From Bacteroidia bacterium (GTDB lineage: Bacteria; Bacteroidota; Bacteroidia; AKYH767-A; JBBKVM01), in contig JBBKVM010000002.1 in the NCBI GenBank assembly GCA_037968415.1, positions 6,030-70,029 of the forward strand: a stretch of 64,000 bases of DNA. The letters are read 5' to 3'. This document shows positions 56,294-64,000 of this stretch, piece after piece (position 1 is the stretch's first letter; each line of letters opens with the position of its first letter). The translations under genes were made by a program, and so were the position numbers. A model generated the notes under the pieces. That model searched no databases and was not told where the DNA came from. It saw only the letters and a list, made by a program, of their open reading frames with translations.

Positions 56294-57391
56294 ATGTTAA
56301 GATTATTATTAATCAGCCTTTCAGTTGTTCTATTATCATTCGCCTGCACGTCCACTACCCAATTGGCGAACGGGGAGAAAAATCAATCAGACACGTTGCG
56401 GTACCCTGAAGAGACTAACCTCAAAAATGTCCGTCAACTCACCTTTGGTGACGACAATGCCGAGGCCTATTTTAGTTTTGATGACCGCATGCTGGTATTT
56501 CAATCAAACAACAAAGAGTGGTCAAATGGTTGTGATCAAATTTTTTACACCACAATTGCCGGCTCCAAAATGAAAACCAAGGCACCTGCGCGCGTGAGCA
56601 CTGGCATGGGACGCACCACATGTGCCTACTTCATGCCGGGCAACAAAAGTATCATTTATGCATCCACCCACCTTGGCGGGAAAGATTGTCCGCCAGAGCC
56701 CGAGCGTAGGAGCGATGGCAAATATGTGTGGCCGGTATATGATACATTCGACATATTTGTAGCAGACCTAAAAGGCAACATCACAAAACAATTAACAAAT
56801 ACCCCCGGCTATGATGCGGAAGCTACCGTATCGCCCAAAGGCGATAAGATAGTTTTCACATCGATGCGCTCCGGAGACATGGAATTGTATACCATGGACA
56901 TTGATGGCAAGAATGTAAAGCAAGTAACCAATCAACTTGGATACGATGGCGGAGCATTCTTTTCACCAGATGGCACCCAGTTAATTTTCCGGGCATCGCG
57001 CCCCACCACGCCCGAAGACATAAAAATATACAAAGACTTACTTGCCGATGGTCTGGTGATGCCTACCAACATGGAATTGTATATCTGCAATGTAGATGGC
57101 AGCGAATTGCGTCAACTTACTTCATTGGGGAAAGCTAACTGGGCTCCTTTTTTCCATCCATCAGGCAAGAAGGTAATATTCTCATCAAATCATACTTCGT
57201 CAAGAGGCTATCAGTTCAATTTGTTTATGATAAACACTGATGGAACCGGGTTGAAGCAAATCACTTTTGATCAAACTTTTGACGCGTTTCCAATGTTCTC
57301 TTTTGACGGAAAAAAACTGGTGTTTTCTTCAAACCGATTTAATGGCGGAACACGCGCCACAAACATGTTTATTGCTGATTGGATAGACTAA
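56294..57391 (+). CDS. TolB-like WD40/PD40 beta-propeller lipoprotein
   Basis: Lipoprotein signal MLRLLLISLSVVLLSFAC. PD40 repeats recur (…SPKGDKIVFTSMRSGDMELYTMDIDGKNVKQVT..LGYDGGAFFSPDGTQLIF…). Confidence 0.65.
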   Translation: MLRLLLISLSVVLLSFACTSTTQLANGEKNQSDTLRYPEETNLKNVRQLTFGDDNAEAYFSFDDRMLVFQSNNKEWSNGCDQIFYTTIAGSKMKTKAPARVSTGMGRTTCAYFMPGNKSIIYASTHLGGKDCPPEPERRSDGKYVWPVYDTFDIFVADLKGNITKQLTNTPGYDAEATVSPKGDKIVFTSMRSGDMELYTMDIDGKNVKQVTNQLGYDGGAFFSPDGTQLIFRASRPTTPEDIKIYKDLLADGLVMPTNMELYICNVDGSELRQLTSLGKANWAPFFHPSGKKVIFSSNHTSSRGYQFNLFMINTDGTGLKQITFDQTFDAFPMFSFDGKKLVFSSNRFNGGTRATNMFIADWID

Positions 57392-57463
57392 TACTGCCCG
57401 ACCTTAAAAGAAAAAGGCTTCATTAAACAACGAAGCCTTTTTCTTTTAATCTTAACTTGAATC

Positions 57464-59845
57464 TTAATTTGCTTTCACTACTTTAATAGTGTTGAGCTGC
57501 GATCCGTTTTTTAATCTCACCATGTAAATACCTTGTGGCAACTGCGCGCCCAGCACAACGCTTCCTTGTGTGAGTCGGATGGGTCGTGATTCCACTTCTT
57601 TACCCAAAATGTTGATGACAACAATTTGCGCATCATTCTGGAGTGCTGATTTGATTGAATAGTGAACAGTCACGTCTCCGTTAAATGGATTGGGGAATGC
57701 TTGCAACTGTAGCTTGTTATCGGTGACTTGCGGTAGACCTAAACCTATGTCTATCACTTTCCACGCATCTACACCGGCTTCCACAATGTGGCCTGAGCCA
57801 GTCCAGTCGGCTGCTTCAAATGTGATTGTCATGTTGGCGGTAGGTGTTAGATAATCTAGAACCCTATGGTTTTTGAACACCCATGAGGAATTGCCGGTTG
57901 TGGTTGCCACCACACGCTCTATTACTGCAGAAGTAATTCCGTTGTGTAAAGTAACCGTAAGTGTATCATTAGGTGTTGAGCCAAATCCGCCTCCACCATT
58001 GTAAAACCAACGGTAGTAATCCACTCCGGGGTCGGCATTACCGGTGAGATTGAAAACTGGCGAAGTAAGCACTGTATTTCCATCGTCTACGTCATCAGTT
58101 CCAGCTCCTCCGCCACCATTGCCGGTGATATAGCACTGTGTCAAACAATCGCCCGTTACATCCACTCCGGGGTTGGCCTGTGAGTTACCATTCGTGGTGC
58201 CTATCGGCACTCCACGCACCCATTTGCCGGTAGCAGCTGAACCTGCTTCTGTCCATCCGAAATCGAATGCAAAATCGTCATAATAGCCAGGTTGCAACGC
58301 TACTGATACAGATCCGGAACCGCTGGTAATAGCCTGTTGGCTCACGCAATACGTAACGTAACCCCAATGACCTACCGCCACATCGTAATCACCTTGTATG
58401 AACCCGGGAATAGAAAAGTTACCGCCTGCATCAGTAGATACATTGTAAGTACTCCCACTGTTGGTGATCACTACAGGGGCGCTGGCTACCGGTTGATTAG
58501 TTATAGCATTGTACACATTGCCACTCACTGTGATAGGTGGGCCAATGGTTGCCAGCTGAACATTGAGCGTGGTAAGAACACCGTTTACAAGGTTGACATT
58601 GTTAAATGTTTTGGTGATGTATCCGGGTTTGGAAATTCTTACAGAATAAGAACCTGCGGCAGCCAAACCCGTTTTATACACACCGGTTATCTTGGTGCTT
58701 TTTGATGCTGAAGTGCTGAGAATTTCTACAAGTGCGTTGTTGATTGGAAATGATGTGGTACTGTCTGTAACAATACCCTCGAGGTAGCAACCTCTAATAT
58801 AATTAGGTGCCAGCACATACAACCCCAACTCAATATCGGAGACCACAAGATTGCCCGAAGGCAAGAAAGGATCTACACCCCAGCATCCGGCAAATCCATC
58901 TCCGGACTGCGGTGAGGTATCAAACCAACCCACCAGAATCATATTGTCAGGTCGGCTCACATCATGTATTACTACACCATCTTTGTACCACGATGTAATA
59001 GCATAATCATTTCTGATGTGTGTATTGTGTACTATGGAATTGGATCCGGGATTCTGCGATTGCACACGGCCCAGCTCAGTAATGTTATTAATGTTGCGCA
59101 CATCATAAGCAGTGAGATGTGTGTTACTCTTTTCATCTGTTGTAAACAACGCACTGCCCTCAGTGTTAAGCCAAGAATTATGCGTGAAATTTAGTGGCGT
59201 ATTTTGTGTGTTTAATAATATTGGGTTAGCCTTGTTGCTCACATCAATGGCAGAAAAATATCCTGCATTGATATGACATGCCCACAGCGTGTCGTTTCGC
59301 ACATAGCCATCATGCACATAACTACCCGCGCGCTGACCCAAATATACTGGGTTCCACGGGTCGCTCAGGCTGGCAATAATCGGCCCACCGTTGGCCAAAT
59401 TGGTGCCGTATAGGTATACATACCCCGCATCGATGTGCAAAGCATGAATGGTGTTGATCTGGTTGGCAATGGCTCCACTACCTTTCCAGGTTTTAACTTG
59501 GATAGAATCAGGCAAGTAACTGAGGTTAACAATTTGCAAGCCTACGTTGCCGCCTTCAGTAGTTACATAGGCATAACTACCCCATGTTTTTACCTCCCGC
59601 CAATCTGATGTAGGTCCAACTACATCAAACTTGTTCACCGGAGCTGTGGGTACAGTTACATCCACAATTGACAATCCTGTTTCGGTTCCTACCAGCGCAT
59701 ACTCTTTACCGTTGGCAGCATAACTTCCTATGTTAGAAAGCACTTTGCCCGGAAACGGCATGTTTGCTTTCAGGGTCACATTTAATTGGGCATTGACAAA
59801 AGTGTAGCTGCACAGCAGGCAGGCCCACAGTAATAGTTTTTTCAT
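57464..59845 (-). CDS. choice-of-anchor B (LVIVD-repeat) family protein with T9SS C-terminal sorting domain
   Basis: Signal peptide. N-terminal LVIVD-like repeats (GLSIVDVTVPTAPV..., YVYLYG..., LYVLAPN), a CarbopepD_reg-like middle region and a CTD LQAFPNPFNGDVTVHYSI......IVVINILGKEV.....LPQGIYMVRL. Confidence 0.6.
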   Translation of the reverse strand: MKKLLLWACLLCSYTFVNAQLNVTLKANMPFPGKVLSNIGSYAANGKEYALVGTETGLSIVDVTVPTAPVNKFDVVGPTSDWREVKTWGSYAYVTTEGGNVGLQIVNLSYLPDSIQVKTWKGSGAIANQINTIHALHIDAGYVYLYGTNLANGGPIIASLSDPWNPVYLGQRAGSYVHDGYVRNDTLWACHINAGYFSAIDVSNKANPILLNTQNTPLNFTHNSWLNTEGSALFTTDEKSNTHLTAYDVRNINNITELGRVQSQNPGSNSIVHNTHIRNDYAITSWYKDGVVIHDVSRPDNMILVGWFDTSPQSGDGFAGCWGVDPFLPSGNLVVSDIELGLYVLAPNYIRGCYLEGIVTDSTTSFPINNALVEILSTSASKSTKITGVYKTGLAAAGSYSVRISKPGYITKTFNNVNLVNGVLTTLNVQLATIGPPITVSGNVYNAITNQPVASAPVVITNSGSTYNVSTDAGGNFSIPGFIQGDYDVAVGHWGYVTYCVSQQAITSGSGSVSVALQPGYYDDFAFDFGWTEAGSAATGKWVRGVPIGTTNGNSQANPGVDVTGDCLTQCYITGNGGGGAGTDDVDDGNTVLTSPVFNLTGNADPGVDYYRWFYNGGGGFGSTPNDTLTVTLHNGITSAVIERVVATTTGNSSWVFKNHRVLDYLTPTANMTITFEAADWTGSGHIVEAGVDAWKVIDIGLGLPQVTDNKLQLQAFPNPFNGDVTVHYSIKSALQNDAQIVVINILGKEVESRPIRLTQGSVVLGAQLPQGIYMVRLKNGSQLNTIKVVKAN

Positions 59846-59937
59846 GATGGGTTTTTAAATTTAGATTAAGGCTTGATTATCTGATGCAGCAAGGTACCAA
59901 AGGTTTAATACCCTGTTTGTCATGACGCTAACAAATA

Positions 59938-61128
59938 TCACACTTTTTTCTGAAGTATTGCAACAAACATGGAATCGCTTTTTTGGGTCATCCCATCAAG
60001 AATTTTGCCGGATACAAACTCCGCTCCTTCCATCGATTTGGCAAGTTCGCCTACCATGTCCTCGTTTTCGGCCTTGAAGACCGAACAGGTAATGTACACC
60101 AATTTGCCACCAGGCTTAAGCGCAGGCCATGCATTAGCCACAATGGTCCGCTGCAAGTGGTTATAATCTGCCATCTCTGCCGCTCCAAAAGTTGCTATTT
60201 GTTCAGGTGATCGCGCCCATGTGCCCGATCCACTGCATGGCAAATCTGCCACAATAGTGTCCATACTTTCAGGTTTAACTTCTTTGCATCTGCCCTTCTC
60301 CAAATCGCAGTTGTGCAGATAATATTTTTTGATGCCTGCCTTCTCAAACCGTTTACTCAGGTTGTGAAGTATCGACTCGCGCACATCGCTTACCGTTAAT
60401 TCCACTGCGGCCGCATCAGCTACCATCAGGCTCTTGCCGCCTGCCCCTGCGCAGCAGTCCCACACTTTGTCGTTTGCTGTAGGCGCTACATCGTCTATGG
60501 TGTTCTGAGAGGATAAGTCTTGTATCTCGATCAACCCCTGCTCGTAACATTTGAGCGCAGTCAGTTGCGGGTTGCCTTCAAATCCTAGCGCCAGGCCTTT
60601 GCGCAGGCTTGCCACCGGCACTATATTTTGTTTTTGAAGTTCCTCATTTACCACCGAAGCGTGCGCATGCCTTACGCGCACCCACACAAGAGACTGAACA
60701 AACAGAGAGGTGGTATATTTTTCGTGATCCACATTGTCACTGAGCGTGGCCGTGGGCGGCAATATATCTTTTGCCGAAAATTCAGGTATCAACTTCTCTA
60801 GCAGCTGAATCCGGTCTGCTATTTCTGCTGGCGCGTGGGCCAATGCACCCGGAAATTCCTGTTCATAAAGCCACTGGTCAAATTCAGCAAACCGGGTGTC
60901 ATTTACCAAAAACAATGCTGCGGCCAGGCGCGCGGTAGGCTGTGCATTTGGCAGCGCATGGCCCAATCGAAACCAGGCATATGTTTTTGAAGCCACAAAT
61001 TTTCTGTCGCGCGAGCCCATGTTGCGGTGCAGGCGTGCGTGATCTTTTAGGTAAAGGTTGAGTGGCTGGGGTGCGGGGTATTCTTCTATTACTTTGAGAA
61101 CGATGCGCAACTTATTTTCGAAATGCAT
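59938..61128 (-). CDS. RsmB/NOP2/Sun-family RNA m5C methyltransferase
   Basis: SAM-binding DCCAGAGGKS and the catalytic PC motif DLPCSGSGTW. A NusB-like N-terminal region is present. Confidence 0.75.
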   Translation of the reverse strand: MHFENKLRIVLKVIEEYPAPQPLNLYLKDHARLHRNMGSRDRKFVASKTYAWFRLGHALPNAQPTARLAAALFLVNDTRFAEFDQWLYEQEFPGALAHAPAEIADRIQLLEKLIPEFSAKDILPPTATLSDNVDHEKYTTSLFVQSLVWVRVRHAHASVVNEELQKQNIVPVASLRKGLALGFEGNPQLTALKCYEQGLIEIQDLSSQNTIDDVAPTANDKVWDCCAGAGGKSLMVADAAAVELTVSDVRESILHNLSKRFEKAGIKKYYLHNCDLEKGRCKEVKPESMDTIVADLPCSGSGTWARSPEQIATFGAAEMADYNHLQRTIVANAWPALKPGGKLVYITCSVFKAENEDMVGELAKSMEGAEFVSGKILDGMTQKSDSMFVAILQKKV

Positions 61129-61135
61129 GGCGATA

Positions 61136-63286
61136 TCAGAATTCTAATTTAGTTTGTTCTTTGTCATTTCCTTTTTCCTTTTGCTTTTTCAATTTTGGTT
61201 CCGCTTCTTTTTTTTTTGAAACAACCGGTTCGCTACCAGGGACTTTTGGTTTTGCAACAGGTTCCATGACCTTAACCTTTGGTGTGGTGGGATCGCCCTT
61301 CTTATAAACTATTTTCTGAATGGTGTGGCGGGTAATGATGTTACCCTTGGCATCGCGTCCTTTTATTAACTGCTCATCAAGTGGAATGGTAAAATTGCGA
61401 ATTTTAAGCTTGGCTTTGGGTCGCAAAGTGATTTCAAGACTTCCGGCATTCTCGACTTCTGATAAACCAAAATATAAAACCTTGCTGCCTGCAGTGCCTT
61501 TTGTAAGCACATAATCTTTGTCGCGCGTGATGCCGCCTATCGAAAATCTTTTCAGCATCACATTCCCTCGCGGCCCATCTGTATACACAATATTGTACAC
61601 TACATTCTCCTCCCCTTTTCTGAAAATATCTATGTGGATAATATTCTTTCCAAAAAATGATTTGTCAGATATACGGTTCACTTTCATCACACCTTCCGCA
61701 GTAAACACAATTACATCATCAAGGTCAGAACAATCGCATACAAACTCGTCTTTCTTTAATCCATATCCTGCAAATCCATCTTCCCGGTTCACATACAATT
61801 TTTGGTTGTTTACGATTACGGCAGATGCAACGATGGTATCAAAGGAGGCAATTTCCGTCTTACGTTCCCGGCCTTTACCATACTTCTTGAGCAACGCTTT
61901 GAAATAATCCACTGCATATTTGGTAAGGTTCTTCAGGTTATTTTTCACTTCCTCCATTTCGTTCTCCATGCCTTTGATCTTGTCATTGGCTTTGAACGAG
62001 TCAAACTTTGAAATACGTTTGATCTTAATTTCAGTCAGTCGCACAATATCATCCTGAGTAATAGCTCGCTTGAATTTTTTCTTGTATGGCTTAAGTCCGG
62101 TGTCAATGGCTTCCAGTACAGCTTCCCAGGTTTCGCATTCTTCAATCAAACGATAAATGCGCTTCTCAATAAATATTTTCTCAAGCGAACTAAAGTGCCA
62201 TTCTTCTTCAAGTTCTCTAAGCCTTATCTCCAATTCTTCTTTCAGCAATGCCACCGTATTCTGAGTCGACATTTCAAGCATTTCATTCACACCCAGGAAG
62301 TAGGGTTTGTCTTGAAGAATTACTGAATTGTTGGGAGATATACCTATTTCGCAATCGGTAAAGGCGAACAGTGCATCCATGGCCTTGTCAATGTCTTCGG
62401 CCAAATCAGGATGCAGATGAACAAGAATTTCTGCCGTGGCAGCGGTATTGTCTTCTACCTTTTTGATTTTTATTTTTCCCTTGTCGTTGGCAGCCAGTAT
62501 AGAGTCGATCAAACTTGAGGTGGTCGTGCCAAAGGGGATTTCAGTGATTACCAATGACTTCTTATCTCGCTTCTCGATGCGGGCACGCACACGCACCTTG
62601 CCACCGCGCAGGCCTTCATTATACTTCGAAAAGTCGGCTACACCTCCGGTAGGGAAATCAGGTTTTAAATCTACCTTCTTGCCACGCAACACTTGTATCG
62701 AAGCTTCTATGAGTTCACAAAAATTGTGAGGCAAAATTTTGCATGCCATGCCCACCGCAATGCCTTCCGCACCCTGTGCCAGCAACAATGGAAACTTCAC
62801 CGGCTCATTTACAGGTTCTTTACTGCGTCCGTCATAGCTGGCTTGCCATTGCGTGGTTTTAGGATTGAACACCACCTCCAGCGCAAACTTGGATAATCGT
62901 GCTTCTATATATCGCGATGCGGCAGCGTTGTCGCCCGTGAGCGTATTGCCCCAGTTACCTTGTGTATCTATCAGCAGATCTTTCTGTCCCATCTGCACCA
63001 ACGCATCCCCTATGGATGCATCGCCATGCGGATGGAAGCGCATCACATTACCTATTATATTGGCCACCTTGTTGTAACGCCCATCTTCCAATTCGTACAT
63101 GGCATGGAGGATTCTGCGCTGCACAGGCTTCAAGCCATCTTCCATAGCCGGTACCGCACGCTCCAGTATCACATACGAAGCATAGTCAAGAAACCAATTC
63201 TCATACATTCCCGAAACCGGAATCAGTTTAGACTCGCTATGGTTCCGCGCTTGAGGTTTATCGTCTTTAGGGTTATCCTTCTTCAT
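61136..63286 (-). CDS. type IIA topoisomerase A subunit (ParC-like topoisomerase IV subunit A; reduced C-terminal domain)
   Basis: The GyrA/ParC N-terminal breakage-reunion domain (…LDYASYVILERAVPAMEDGLKPVQRRILHAMYEL…) is present and a lysine-rich C-terminal tail follows. At 716 aa it is shorter than GyrA, so ParC is favoured. Confidence 0.7.
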   Translation of the reverse strand: MKKDNPKDDKPQARNHSESKLIPVSGMYENWFLDYASYVILERAVPAMEDGLKPVQRRILHAMYELEDGRYNKVANIIGNVMRFHPHGDASIGDALVQMGQKDLLIDTQGNWGNTLTGDNAAASRYIEARLSKFALEVVFNPKTTQWQASYDGRSKEPVNEPVKFPLLLAQGAEGIAVGMACKILPHNFCELIEASIQVLRGKKVDLKPDFPTGGVADFSKYNEGLRGGKVRVRARIEKRDKKSLVITEIPFGTTTSSLIDSILAANDKGKIKIKKVEDNTAATAEILVHLHPDLAEDIDKAMDALFAFTDCEIGISPNNSVILQDKPYFLGVNEMLEMSTQNTVALLKEELEIRLRELEEEWHFSSLEKIFIEKRIYRLIEECETWEAVLEAIDTGLKPYKKKFKRAITQDDIVRLTEIKIKRISKFDSFKANDKIKGMENEMEEVKNNLKNLTKYAVDYFKALLKKYGKGRERKTEIASFDTIVASAVIVNNQKLYVNREDGFAGYGLKKDEFVCDCSDLDDVIVFTAEGVMKVNRISDKSFFGKNIIHIDIFRKGEENVVYNIVYTDGPRGNVMLKRFSIGGITRDKDYVLTKGTAGSKVLYFGLSEVENAGSLEITLRPKAKLKIRNFTIPLDEQLIKGRDAKGNIITRHTIQKIVYKKGDPTTPKVKVMEPVAKPKVPGSEPVVSKKKEAEPKLKKQKEKGNDKEQTKLEF

Positions 63287-63456
63287 CCTACAAATCAGTG
63301 TTAATATTGCAAAGTTAGAAAATTACACATGCTGCATTTTGCGCTGGCGGGGCATATGCTATCAATATATCAACAGGGAAATTAACAGCGCGGAGCGATT
63401 GAAAGATTTTGATTGGATGTTTATAATGTTCAATTTTGAGTTTAAATAAAATTCAT

Positions 63457-63864
63457 ATGAACGAACAAGTATTCATCAATCTTCCTGTTAAGAATCTTGA
63501 CAAAACCATTGATTTTTTTACCCAACTTGGTTATGAGTTTGACGCCCAATTCACCAACGAGAATGCCACATGCATGATCGTAAATGACGCTATCAGTGTG
63601 ATGTTGTTAGTGGAGCCTTTTTTTCAGACGTTTATGAAAAAGGAGGTGTGCGACACCGCGCGCAGTGCCGAAATGATTCTTGCATTGACAGTGGAAAGCC
63701 GTGCGGAGGTAGATGCATATATGGACAAAGTGCTGCGTGCGGGAGGCAAAGAACCGCGCGAGGCTACTGATCACGGGTGGATGTATCAACGCAGCTTCGA
63801 AGACATCAACGGTCATCTGTGGGAAGTGTTCTGGATGGACCCAAACGGGGTGCCTGAGGAGTGA
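63457..63864 (+). CDS. VOC (glyoxalase/bleomycin-resistance fold) family protein
   Basis: About 135 aa from MNEQVFINLPVKNLDKTIDFF..LGYEFD. The beta-alpha-beta-beta-beta pattern is typical of VOC proteins. Confidence 0.6.
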   Translation: MNEQVFINLPVKNLDKTIDFFTQLGYEFDAQFTNENATCMIVNDAISVMLLVEPFFQTFMKKEVCDTARSAEMILALTVESRAEVDAYMDKVLRAGGKEPREATDHGWMYQRSFEDINGHLWEVFWMDPNGVPEE

Positions 63865-64000
63865 GGTGGGCTGCAGATGATCCAGTTCAAATATTATTAG
63901 GAGTAATTCTGTAAGTTCGCAATGAACCGATTAGAACAGTGTTTGATGACAATGGACCAACCCCAATTTACCCGAATAAACAAGTACCTGAGCGAGGTGG

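Overview
This window looks like a chromosomal segment from a Bacteroidota genome. It is rich in type IX secretion system (T9SS) cargo proteins with C-terminal sorting domains, TonB-dependent receptors and Bacteroidota-style promoters.

Housekeeping genes make up most of it: class II ribonucleotide reductase, ribBA, tsaD, HU, udk, an LptF/G permease, TamB, an RsmB-like methyltransferase, a type IIA topoisomerase A subunit, an M16 peptidase pair and a tRNA-Met(CAT).

Five things stand out:
- A visibly GC-rich SOS-type mutagenesis module is scattered through lower-GC DNA: a LexA-like HTH_XRE/S24 repressor divergent from DinB (Pol IV), plus a DnaE2/ImuC-like polymerase.
- The DnaE2-like gene is cleanly split by a roughly 6.5 kb AT-rich island (12739-19275) that carries four T9SS-sorted secreted proteins and one lipoprotein.
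- The two SOS promoter regions share the 12-mer AATGACGAT[A/T]AT, which is a candidate operator.
- Three tandem SprB-repeat/DUF11-type T9SS adhesin paralogs (3.3-11.3 kb) have near-identical 3' halves, which suggests gene conversion.
- A tandem array of about five 86-bp structured repeats (46603-47045) sits in a convergent intergenic gap.

A translationally coupled cluster of a membrane-anchored hypothetical, a radical-SAM/SPASM enzyme and a small glycine-rich protein (29375-32814) is a candidate protein- or peptide-modification system. All GC statements are by-eye estimates. No database search was possible.
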